A model generated the notes under the pieces. It was not told the DNA's origin, ran no database searches, and worked only from the letters and a program-made list of their open reading frames with translations. From contig CAJINV010000013.1 of assembly GCA_905178155.1 (NCBI GenBank), positions 2,910,158 through 2,974,157 of the forward strand: 64,000 nt of DNA, read 5' to 3'. Positions 22,652-35,300 of the stretch are shown here, one piece after another. Origin of the DNA: Amoebophrya sp. A120 (Eukaryota; Protista; Dinoflagellata). Each line of letters begins with the position of its first letter. Positions within the stretch are counted from its first letter, which is position 1. The position numbers and the translations under genes were made by a program.

Positions 22652-24272
22652 TATCTATGCGTTGCAAATTTGTCTGGGCTCGGAATGGTGCCACATTTGT
22701 GATGGTCGGCTAGCAAGACCTCGAATTCCCCCGTAATGCATGACAGCACGAACGGAAAGAGTAAGCCGTCCCCGCGGTTGCGCCTTTCTTGGTACAGCGC
22801 TTCCCGTACATTACATCTATGCTGTTCCCACATTTTTACATATGGAAAAAAACACAAAAAAATTACATATGAGAAAAACACAAAAAAACTACATAGGAGA
22901 AAAACGCAAAAAAATTACATATGAGAAAAACGCAAAAAAATTACATATGAGAAAAACACCAAAAAAATTACATATGAGAAGAACAGTTCGCTCTGCTTCA
23001 GTGCTAAACCCAAACTTTGCTTCTTCAGGATTTTACTTTTCAGCTTATAAGAAGAACACAAAAAAATACACAGTCGCGGAACGCAGAAAAGTACGTATGG
23101 GATATTAGACGTACTCTCCTCTTTCTCCATCTCCTGGTGTCAATTTTAATTTTCTCGAAAACGTATATTAGATAATCACAAAAAGACTTCGCTGAGCTAG
23201 CAAACATAGGAACGAAACGCGAAGGGACCGAAGTTGCGCTCTGATCTTTTGATGAGCGCGCTTCTCCCTACTTAGGATTTGCGTGGCCTCATATTTGATC
23301 ATAAGGCTTCTCCGTGTCGACGGTTGCCCATTGGAAGTATGAGGACTCCATGTTATGCAGTTGTAAGCGGCCAACTGCACCAGCGGTCAACTGCACCAGC
23401 GGCAGCTGCTGTTCACCGTCGTGAGCAGAGCCGCTATTTACGAGCATAGTCAGGTAGTACTTAAGCGGTCGCGCTTTTATAACTGTCCCTGCTTATGTAA
23501 GTAAAGAGAAAGTGAAAGACCGAAGTAGACTTGAACTACAAAGACATAGCCTGTTGCTACTCTGACTTATATCGTGCCCGCCACATACTTTCCACCCTTT
23601 GTCGACTTTTATTCCCTAGCCGTACTCTAGATACCTTTCTCCACCATAGCATAGCACAAGCAAAAATTGCATATCCTGCTCAGCTGCGTGTTGCGTAGCA
23701 TACCCATGCAGCTTCGCCGCATGCTCTAGCATACATATTTCTTTGAAAACACTAAAAAAATATAACCAACATATGCGAAAAAACCAAAAAAAATCCAGTT
23801 ACGTGCACGAAAAAAACAAAAAAAATACATATACGCAGCCGAAGAGAACTCGAACTACAAAGACATAGCCTGTTGGTGTTGTAGTTTTTATCTCACCTCT
23901 CACCACATATTTTCGCTATCTGCGAGCAATTCCTCTCACCATTTGTGATGGTCGGCTAGCAAGACCTCGAATTCCGTAATGCATGACAGCACAGAGCAGG
24001 AGAGCGAGAGCCAGAGCGCTAGCGTGCTCGCAGTAAGTAAGTAGGAAAAACTGCTGCTTATTATTTTGTATTTTGACATACTAAACCTAAACGTAAACGT
24101 AAACCTACATCGACATGGAGTATGAGTGGCCTGCTCTGAAACTGAAACTTCTTGTAATGCACGCTCGCTTGCAGAATTTGAATTCAATTTGGTTTCTGTG
24201 TGTCCCTCGCGTGGCAGCACCCCCTATGTCATGTCACCTTACAGCCCGAGCCAGACGTATTTGCAGTTGATA
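22652..24272. mobile_element. Long (~1.6 kb) intergenic relative of introner family A'
   Basis: Left TATCTATGCGTTGCAAATTTGTCTGGGCTCGG, right CCCGAGCCAGACGTATTTGCAGTTGATA, flanks TGCGA/CGCGA. Both outer flanks resemble those of 20275-20602. It contains internal duplications (~22694-22750 vs ~23940-23992; ~23533-23556 vs ~23852-23875). Confidence 0.55.
22837..22982. repeat. A-rich minisatellite, 26-27 bp unit, about 6 copies
   Basis: TACATATGAGAAAAAC(A/G)CAAAAAAAT starting at 22837, 22864, 22890, 22916, 22942 and 22969; decayed copies near 23050 and 23730-23835. Confidence 0.9.
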
Positions 24273-26304
24273 CGCGATCCCAAAACCCCAACTCCAACCC
24301 CAGTAGACCCGAAACATGAAGATATGCCCCAAAGCTACATATGTGCCCCAAGAACCCAAATAAAAGTAGGTCCGTGCGAAAAAGCACATGAAAAGCTGCT
24401 GCCATGGTGAAGAACGGTTAGTACAAGCGCAGGCCCTAGAGTGTAACATGAACGGAATCGGGCTACAAGGCCACAGGTAAATCACCCCTGCGTCTTCCGG
24501 TCGGCCTTTACGAAACTGACTACAAAAAACCGCGACGGTAGAAAAGGGGCGGTCTAGTCTACGGTCTAGATCGTCTCCACTACCATTCGAAAAAACGCAA
24601 GTCCCAGCTATAGTACAACAGGAGCGGCATCCGACCCGAGTGTAGTCAGCCGGACCATTTTTAGAAGACGTTGCGAGGTGGGCGGAGAGGCATCACGCGT
24701 GCAGTGGAACGAGAGGAAGGCCAGCGTTCAACTGTGTGATGTTCGTCGTATACTGTCCTGCCTAGTTCACTATTCGACTCCCTTCCACTTTTTGGTCCTT
24801 TTGGTGCGTTCACGCACATCCAGGATTTTTGTGGTCGGGAGCCCGCCGAAGTTTTGCGCGCGGGTTTAGCCCTCTTCTACCCCCCGAAAAAAGGCACGTC
24901 TTCGGACCCTTCAGGTCGGTGCCCCTCCGCCCGCGTTGCGCCCGCGCTTCGCCATCAGCATCAGCATCAACTATGTAGGTTATCTCTCTCTCTCTCAAAT
25001 AAAAGTAGGTCCGAGAGGACGCTGAAGGCCCCTGGGGGAGAGAAAGCCCTGATGCCCCTTTTAAGAAGATCGTGTTCGAAAGCAACGGCAGATCTGGGCG
25101 CAGCCGTAGGGATCACTCGACGACGCGCAGAAAATTTTATGTGTGCTTGCAATGATGTCATCTAGATCTATTGCTACTTACTATTGCCGCGCACAGCATG
25201 TTTTTTTTTTTTCATAGCCAGCATATCAGATCTCAGAATTCTCATGGCTCATAGAAGTTGTGCTCTTACTTAGTCGCTTTGCCTGCCTAGGCGGATCATC
25301 AAAAATTTAAGGTCTCGTACAGAGGCAGCGTTCTAGTTCTTTTCTTGTACTTACAAATGTTGGCGAGCTCTTGTTGTTTCATTTCATATGCGTTTTGGAG
25401 ATCTAAAGCCTGTCCTGCAGCGATGTATTGTTCGTGCGGTGGGAAAAATAGCTAGCTTGCCGTGGGTCCGGCGATATTATCTATCAAAGCAAATTTAGTA
25501 GAGGAACAAGAAAAGGACTGCAATTTTTATATCACGTGTAGAGTCGGTGTCGGTCGTGCGTTTCGTTCTAATTACATTTTCGAAAGAGAAATAAAAATCA
25601 ATGACCACCCGGCGGACGACGACTGCGACGTTCTTTGCACACGCCGCAACAAAATGAGAACGGGCGTCCTGACCCCACAACCACCCTCGTCGAGCGCCAG
25701 CGGCTCCCGGGCCGCCTGTTTTGCTGCCCGTCAGGTAGTAGTGGATCTGCCACCTGCGAAGCGTGTGATTCTTAAGACCACCCGGAAGGGTTGTCGCGGC
25801 AACGCAGCGCGGGCGCGTTCCGCCTCTCCAGCGCAGCTGCAGGAACTGCATTACAATGCCTGCACAAAAAGCAGACACGTCGCTTGCAGAGGAAACGCTA
25901 CAGGTCCATGCAACCTCGAGTGTGCTGATCATGTGCAGGGACTCTCACAACTAGAGGGACAGTACTACTTTTTAGCCACCTCCACATCAGCGGGATCTGC
26001 TTCTCCCTACCCGCGCCCGTAGTACACGGTTTCACTCAAAGGAGAGTCCGACGTTCGCCCAACCGACTAAGGTGGCTTCGCCGGGTAGTTCACGTGCGAC
26101 TGAACTCAACAAGAAGTACTTGCGGAGCTGGAGCCGGGCGACCAGCAAGGAGTGCATCAATTGCAAATAAAATCAGCGAGAAATAATTTCTGGTCGGAAA
26201 ATAATGACGATTACTACCGGATGAAACTCGTTCGATTGAATTCGCTTCTGGGCAACTGAAAGGTCGCAGTGTGCTAGCAGTAAAGCAGGCTAGTTTTGAA
26301 GAAG

Positions 26305-29300
26305 ATGGAGTTCGTGACCGCGGCGTTTGCGGGCACGCTCGCGTCCACGGCGCAGCAGATCTGTATCCTGAGTAAAAACGTACCCACACCAGAGTTGTAA
26401 TGCAGATTTGCAAAGACAGGAAGACTTGTAATGCGCATCCGAATGAGAGCCATTTCCAGTCGTGTTTTGGAATTTGTGATGCTGTGAACAGGATGAGCAG
26501 ATGAATCTGTGATGCGGCTGCACTTTCTAACCTGCACAACACTGCAGAGTGCAACTTGTCATGCGTGACTCACAAAACTCCTCGGCTTGTGTTGCAAAAT
26601 CCCCATCCTGACTCTGGTGTGGGTACGTGTTTACTCAGGATAATCTGGGGCTACAACCTATCCACTGCAAATGTGTCTGGGCGGTCTGGAATAAACTTGT
26701 CCCGCGGGGGCTCATAGGTGAATGACAATATGTTAACTTCTACAGGACGCAGCCACGCATGACAGCTCTCTGAACGTTCCTGTGGTGCGTAAGTAACGCG
26801 CATGGAGGATGAGCATTGGTATTGCTGCATGACACAGAGACAGCACTGTTTTGCCACAACTCGATGCATATTTACAGAGTTCGGGAATACGGAAGTTCAG
26901 CATAAATAATACAGATCCTGCATTCTGGCAGACCCAGACATGTTTGCAGTTGACACAACCGAAATTTGTACAATTTCGACACCCACATGCGGCAGGCCAG
27001 CGTCACGCAGCGCCAGTGGGGCCGGAAGGAGTGGCTGTGGCTGCATCGCGAGGACATTTCGAATTTGGTGAACATGACCACGAGCAAGTATGAAAAGAAA
27101 AAATCCCCCCTCCCCATATTGACAACGTACTTTTTCGAAAATTTGTGTTTCTGATTTGTGACCACAAATGGTCTCTGTGTTGCATGAAGGCAACCCCACA
27201 GGCTCCGCCGCTTTCTACAGGCGGTTTGTCATGCTCTTGCTCCTACAGCGTAGACGTCTGCCACGCTAAGCGCCTAGGCCAAGACCTCTCTACTCAGACT
27301 TGATACGGGTCTGCAGTCCTCTCCAGCAAGACAAACCTGATTTGTGTACACAAAGAAATCCAGCAACAGAAGTTTTCACTTCAATATGGGGAGGGGGGAT
27401 TTTTCCTTTCGATAGCAAGATGGGCATCTACACCGTGTTCTGCGTGCTGCAATTGGGATCGCTCTTCTCCTTCCTCTCTGAGGGGAAAATGCTGTACGCC
27501 TATACGGAGGACCCTATCCCGCAGAAAATTCGCACCGCGTGTTTGGTCGTGCGATTCTGCATCGAAGTTGTAGAGGCCAAGACACATGATGAAAAAAGAA
27601 AAGGATCACGTGGATTGTTGCCGCAGGAATAAGTAGATTATCTGTCATGAATATACGTACTTACACAGCCTGCTGCTCCTGATGAACACCTCACAGAACG
27701 ACGGAAGATATTTCAATGGCTCTATGCATCACAGACATGGCGTGCTCTGCTTTTTTTCTGCGTGATAGACCAGGAGCACAGCGTGCCGATCTCGCCCGAG
27801 TGGATCACGCTCCCCTACTCCATCGCCTGGACCGCCTCCTTCGTGTATCTGATGCTGGCCACCTGGCTGGCGCTGCACGCGTCGGTGCTCGCGTCCTCGG
27901 GTTCCACGTCCTTGCTGTTGCAGTCGAATCAGCTCCGGTCCTTTCCCACGGGGATCGAGGTCGATCAGGTGCGCCGCAAGTACTACGACTTCGAGCAGGT
28001 GCAGGGCGAGCGGGCGCTGCGCGTGCCCTTTGTGGACCGAGTGGGCAACGAGGTCGACAGTAGGTGGCTTCATAAAGATAACGCACCGGAACAACATCAA
28101 CTGACCTATTGCGGCGCAGAAGATGAAACGAAAACCACGATTCTTGGGAGGAGAGATCGCAAATGCGAGCCACTTTTTGGGGCACTGTCCTCGGCTGCAA
28201 CAAGGAGCAACGATTTATTCCACTACCACCCCGACGGGATGGAGCACTGTTTCTTGAACGAAATCGCGGAGGAAGCCAGTCGGCGGGACTACGTGGCGTC
28301 CGCAGCAGGGGTCGGCCCGTCCGCCACTTCTTGCCCCATACACCACATGGCGGAACAAGTGAAACACGCGCCAGGTCAGGGAGCTGGCGTGCCTGCATTG
28401 AGAGCTTCGAACGCCACCGCATCTATCGGAGAAAAGAGAACTGTCTCGACATTGCAGGAACATGCCGAGAGCCGAGCTCTGGTTACAGTACACAATGAGC
28501 AGCCTGCTGTTGGTTTGAGCACCAGCTGCGAGCACGGCGACGCGGCGTCCGCCCTCTCCTGGAACCAGCGTCGCGTCAGTCTGGGGGAGGCAAACATTCA
28601 CATGAAGCACTGCTTCACCAAACCAGGCGTCGTCAAGAGCACGGCGGTGGCGCAGCCGGTACGTAGTCGAAACCATGCGCAACAAGAAATGCTTTATTTT
28701 TCCGCTGCGCCCACTCCAGCGCAGACGGGAGCCGCTGGTGAAGTGCCAGAAGCGTCCCGCTACGGAGACGTAGAATTGCAGAACCCGCAGTCTCATCTGC
28801 CACCCCGCCCCTTCCCGCCGCTTTCGCAGCCCCAGCAGGCCCAGTTTCTGGTGCGGGCGTCGCACTTGGACCAGTATCGCTGTCTGCAACGGCACTGGCA
28901 GAGCTACGACGCGTACGCGCGGGTGGCCATGTTGACCGGCACGCTGTACTTTCTGACGGCCGCGAGCCTGTATGCGTCGCTGTACTACTTCAAGACGTCC
29001 CCCTTCATTTCCTTCGTCTCCGTCTTCGTCCTGGCGTGGTGCAAGCTCGCGGTTGCGAAACTGGACTTCAGCGCCAGCCGCGGGTGGCACCTTTGGTTCG
29101 ACGTGTGCATCTTCTGCGAGTCCTGCTGCCACTGCTGCGCCGTGTTTCTGGAGCGGTGCGACTACAGCGCGCAGAACCCGGAGTTTCGCTTCGTCATGCG
29201 CCACCTGTGCACCGGCGTGCAGCTGTTCACCTTGTTTTCCTGGACCGTGGTGGTGGTGGTGTTGGCGCAGCCCGCGGGCGAGGAAGACGAAGACTTTTAC

Positions 29301-32300
29301 GTGGAGGAAACGGAAGAAGGGTCCCCGAACTTCGTCGAAATCCACCATCTTGCTCCAGGGCAGAGGAAAGAACTGGACAAAATTCCGGAGACGAGTGAAG
29401 TAGACCTGAACGCCGGCCCGCCGGAGGAACGTCGTGAACTGCTTGTTTTGCCGGGGCGTCATGAAGAGCAGAATTCTACTTGTTCGCGGCTCGTCGTCCC
29501 TTCTGGTAGTTCTCTACTTGTGCCCGCCACTGCTAGAAGGGGGTCCGCGAAAATCGTCGTTCCCGCCCGGAGGAGAAAGAAGAGCCGGGAGTCTTTGTTT
29601 TCAAAAGCGCGGAACAGTTTTACGCTGCTGCGGTCCTCGGAAACGAGCGAACCGGACAGCGGCTATGGTGGTCCCACCTTCGGCGCGCATTCTTTCGGAT
29701 TGCATGTCAATTTCAACGAAGGTTATTTACAAGAGAGACATGAACTGAATCTGAATCCGCTGCAGGAGCAACAGCAACGCTCTTGGGACGGGAACAACCA
29801 GGACGCGGGCGTGACTGTATCAGCTTCATCTGCTGGCGCCCGAGGTGACAAGAACAGAAAAGCGCACACCTCCACCTCTGCGCCACCTGCCGAAGCCGAC
29901 CGTTCCGCCAGCTCGCAAACGGGGTTTCCTTTGCAGATGACGGATATAAACGATGAGAAGGCTACAGCTTCTTCTGTGCACGCCAGGACAAGAACTATGG
30001 TGTCCACGAGTTGCGCTCCTCAAGTGCGAGCGAAGGAACACCACCCCTTGCTTTTCGAGCGGGTGAAGCGGCGCGCCCATTTGCCGACCCGGTTCCGTTC
30101 CGTCGCCTACATGGACGCCCTGGCGTGGCGGCGCGCCGACCTGGCACTCGGTGTGGGGCCGCCGCCCTATCCTGTGTAAAAACGTCCCCACCTTCAGACT
30201 TGTCGTACAAATCTGCAAGCTTCAAATGCTATCTGGTAGTTTATCAGGGTAGAGCCAGGATATAATGTCCGTCGACTTGTGATGCTGCAGCTGCACTAGC
30301 TAAAAAAACAGGATGACTACACTGCGAGCCAAAAGTTGTCATGCGCGACAGGAGCCAAGACTTGTTCGTTTCTGTAGCAAAGCCACCATTTTGACTCTGG
30401 GGTGGGGACGTTTTTACACAGGATGCGCCCGCGAATTTCTTCTACCACCAGATGGCTCCGCCAACTCCGGGGAACTACTCTGTTGTTCGAGGAGAGGAAG
30501 AGCACAGAGACATAAACAGGGGCGCGACTTCTAGTACGACCCGAGGTGATATTTCCAAGTACAACAACAAAAAAGCCCCAATACCGGGCGTGGACAACGC
30601 GCAGCTCCTCGAGGCAGGTGTAGGTTTGCGAGGCGGTGTGCCAGCTAGAATGGACGAGAAATTCGCTCTCTCCTCTACAGCTGGGAATAAGATTGGAGTA
30701 ACGGCCACCTCCTCCTCGCATCGTCCCAATGCGGGTGACTCATCAGACGCCGGCCGCAGGAATGATCAAACGCTTGCCTCTGCCGTGTTCGACACGGTCG
30801 TCAAGGCCACGGCCAGTCTCGGGTCCGCGGCGTTTGCGTTGTTCCAGCGGATGCGGGCGAATAGAGGAGGAGCCGGCGTTTTAATACAGGGAGATCCGCA
30901 ACATGCTGGTGGCTCCGATTTGGAAAACCTTTCGCAAGACCGACCAGCACCGGGTCTAGGTACATCTTCGACCGCGGTGGTTGGTAGAAGCACAGGCAGT
31001 GTGGGTACTAGTGGAACAATGATAAGTACAAAAGAGGTGGACAACTACACAAAAACAACCCTCCCAAATCAAGAAATTCCGTTCGAGGCGCGGTCCAACA
31101 CTCCCGCGGTGCAATATCTCCATGCTCCATGCGCAATCCCGGTCGCCCCCGTCGTGGGAAGCGAGGCAGACCGGGCGGTGTCGCACTTGATCCACTTGGC
31201 GCACGAGAAGCAGCACGGACGATTCTTCGAAAGTGCGGACGCGAAGGAGCTGCTAGCCGGGGCTTTGGTGGTTCAGGAAGAGGCGGAGATTTTCGGAAGT
31301 AGTAGTAATTATAAAACGACGCCAGATGATGAATTAAGAAAACAACCTACAGCATCTTCCTCCCTTCAAAACCATTTGAACACAACGCCGACCTGTTTCC
31401 CGGATTTGAGCAGCGTGTTCAGGTCTGCGGGGACAAGTAGCAGCAGCAGAGGTCCCACGCGTGCAGCTGGGGATGAAGAAGAGCACCTCCGCCGGGACCA
31501 GCATTTATTTAATCGGGGAGCGGAAAGAACCGGGAATGATAATTCTAATTCCAGTGGACGAGAAACAGAGATAGAGGCATCAGCCTCTGCTGTTCTAGCT
31601 GAAACAACCACCAGCAAAACCAGGCCGCATGATCATGCTGCAGCTGGTAAAAAGTTCGCTGAAGCAGCCGAGGCGACAGAAGCTCTAGTAGTATCACCCG
31701 ACAGGCGAGAGAAATCTCTACTCGGAAATTATAACCAGAACGCAGCGGACGGCCGAGAAACCGCATTAAGAGGCCGTGATTCTTTCTACCTTCGGGACAC
31801 ACACCAGGAGCAATTTCGACACACCGGAGAGGTGCTGCTTGTTTTCGCGCCCCACACGGCACGGGAGATCATCGCAGCGGCGTCTACTTTCGAAACATCG
31901 TGGTCTTCCGGACACGAAGCAAATCGTCTATTAGAGCCATGCTTTGTTCGAAACAGAATTGCGTCAGCCGCGGACTACTACACCAGTTGGGTGTTCGTGC
32001 TCCAGGAGGTGAGTTACTGGCTGAAATTCGTGGAGAAATACGACCCGGAGCAGGAACATCTGGACCTGTGGCACGGAAGGCTGGGTCGGATGTATGCGCA
32101 GTTTCAGAATGCTGTAGAGGAAGTGTGCGCGAGAATTGTATCAGTTGTAGATGATCAGTCTGAAGATGCATCGGGAACAACCCCTACTACTACACAATTG
32201 GCGGTGAAACCGTTTCAAGTGCCGGAAAAGCGGTTCGTCGAAGTAAACGGGTTTGATGCGTACTCGGGACTGTGGTTCCAGACCTACTGTGGCGTCGACG

Positions 32301-35300
32301 GGGACGCTTACTTTGCCGGAGATTATGGAACGGATTCTGCTCAGGCACATGCAAGCAGTGAGAATGCCAGCTTTGTCATCACGGAGGACGATGTGGAGGC
32401 CACTCTGCGACTGCTGGAGAACGGGCTGCAACACGTCGAGTCGTGTTTAAGTCGGATGATGATTTCTGCTTCAGCAGTGCTGGATGAAGGCGGAAATAGC
32501 TCTACTCTTGTGGCAGAAGTTGTTGCAGAAAAAGGTACAACAACAACTACGAAAGAAGCCACATGCACGTCAAGAGGCCGCGCAGGCGAAGAGATGTTGA
32601 ACACCGACATCGACGTTTTGAACTACAAGACTGCAGCCAGCACTGGACGAGAAGGAGTTCTTGGGAGCAGAAGTGAGCAAAGATTGTTACTGCAAAAATC
32701 GGAATCCAGAAGCTCCACGAACCGCGACAATGAATCCAACCACCTGCTCGAGCAGATCACCGAGGCCAGCGGGTCGAACACGGGCGGGAGCACTCGCGAC
32801 CGCACGGGCGGCAGTTCCTCCAGTTGCACCACGTATGGCGCGGGGGGAAACTACTACGGCGGTAGCTACCACTCCCTGCAGTTCCCGGTGTCCGTGGTTA
32901 GCCCGCCGCCGAGGCGAAGTCAGGAAAGAGGTGGTAGGAGGAGCTTTAGCAGGAGAAGCAGGAGAGAAGTAGACGAAGAGGACAACCAAGTTATTCGGAT
33001 GAACGCCGATTCCAGCGAAAACTCGTCGAATAGCAACCTGTACTCAGAAATTCTTCTGATGCACAACAGTTCGGACGAAGAGCGGGCCGCACTGGGGGTG
33101 GATACAGGACTGGAAAAAAGTAAATGCTTGATCGTAGACCATGCTGAAAACCAGAAAGGAAAGAACATAGCAGGCGACAGGGACGACGAAAGTATAAGTA
33201 ACACCAGAAAGACGCCGATAAAAAAAGAACGGGTGGATAGTGTGCCATCAAAGGGTGGGACCACGTCGAAAAGAACTAGGAACAGAAAGAACAGGCGCAT
33301 TAATACACCTGGTGGGTTTAGAAGTACTAGTAGCGACGGAGGGAACATCAACCAGCAGGACGAGATAGTTATTACAGAGGACGAAGGAGAAACGAATTCT
33401 ACACCAGCAGGAGGTGCAAAAACTAGTCCTAAACTTCCACGTGACGAGACCTCCTGCTCTCCTGCAGGATCCAAAATGGCACGAGACCACCAGCGAGCCC
33501 AGCTGCTGAACAACAACACTTTCGATATGACGATCCAAATTAGTGACTTTGACCCTTTCTCGAACTCCTGCCGTCGCCGACTCTCCTCGGAAGACGGGGT
33601 AATGTCCGCACAGAGTGAAGATCTCCATGCTAGAACTGGGCCAAATTCGCCGAGTTCATCGTCGGAGGCTGATCATCAAGACTCTTCTCGGCTCGGTATG
33701 AGTAAGAGCCATCCGTTGTTGTTTGGCGAGGATCTCCACCTAGCTGCGCCCTCTCAAGGACGAGAGCCGTCAACGCCACCAATAGCAAGAAGTGGTGAAG
33801 AAACGGAGTTTCCGCTCCGGCGAGGCAGCACGACCGTGCAGCCGGCGTTGCTGTCGTCGCAGACATCGGCAGAGGATGAACTTCGAAGCGGAGGTTCGCC
33901 AGAAAATAAGAGTATCAACATCGTGTACGCAGCAGACGAGGAGTACGACGAGAATTATCTGAAAGACGCAAAATTCGACAGCCGACTGACCGTTCTTCCC
34001 TTCGCGTCGCCGCCGGCAACACTTTTCACCGATGACGACCGAAGTTCCTCTCATTCTTCACACGAAAAGCCAGGAGCCAGTGGAACTAGCACCAGTCGGA
34101 GAAGCTCTGTTGCCGGCGTAGCAAATGTGGTTTCCCGGAGGCGGCAGATAGCCTCGTGCGAGGCAGAGGAGAGTGGAAGAGCGGAAAGTGTAATCATAGG
34201 CGAAGCTGCGTCCTCGTCCAGTCAAAACACGATGAACATCAGGCCGGTGGTGCCGGAAAAAAATGCCACGCTAGAAGAGCCCTCCAATGTCACGGGAACA
34301 GAAAATTGCGACGAAATAAAGGCAGAAGCGAACAGCTACGAAGACGGGCCTCTAGAGAGACAAATAGAAGATGTTGATGACCGGGAGTGTAAAGTGCTTG
34401 CCGGAACCGCGGTGCAAAAGAAGTACTTGCAAGTGCCGGGGATAGAAGTAAGCGCGGCGGGGTACGGTAAGAATAAGAAAGCGAAGCCGAAAGCGCTCCC
34501 GCCTGTAGGCGAGGATGGTTCTTCCACTGGCAAAGGGAAAGAAAAAATAAAATTTGGTCGCACGTGCCAGCTGCTTGGATCAGCACCAGCAGGAAATTCG
34601 CGAGAAGTAGGAAAGACTGACCAAACAGCAGCTCGTGGCGAAGACGAGATACACGGAACTACAACACATCAGAAGGAGAATATCAAAAGCAACGCCGCTA
34701 TTGCCAGCAAGCCACCAGAGCGCCAGCGGTTGCACTACAAGTTGCGAAAAGTACCGTGTTCTGCCCCAGATTTCGGCAAGGAAATCGACATCGTGTGCAA
34801 CGGGTTGGGGACAACCTACGACGACGGGGCCGCCTGGCAGGCCGCCGCGCTCCCCTTGCGGATCTTCAACGGGGTGTCCTTTCTCCTGCTGCTCGCCTAC
34901 ATTGTGCTGACCATTCAATCCTTGCTGCGTGCCTATTTCTGCGACGACGACCAGAAACTTATCGCCTTGAGAAACGAAAGGTCGGCGGACAAAATCTTGG
35001 AACAGGTCAGCAACTTCCGCGTGGAAGACTTCTACGAGGTAAAGTTGCTGCACGAAGAAGACGAATGCGACGCTTCGCAGGAGTTGCAACATCAGAGATA
35101 TAGTGACGGAACTAGTACAGGTTCTTTCTTATTTTCCTCTGATGTACAAGACGCATCACGATCAAGATCAGCATCGTCTCAGGAACAGCAGCTGCACAAT
35201 ATGAAAAAGCCGGCGACAAAAGCGGAGAAATACGTGATCGAGCTTTTAAAACGGATCGATCAGTCCGGCAGCAACGTGGTTTACTTCACCAACGCGCCCG

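Noticed and set aside
25462-26022. 186-aa ORF upstream of the large membrane protein
   Set aside because: It has a GTG start, no motif and no splice link that I could establish.
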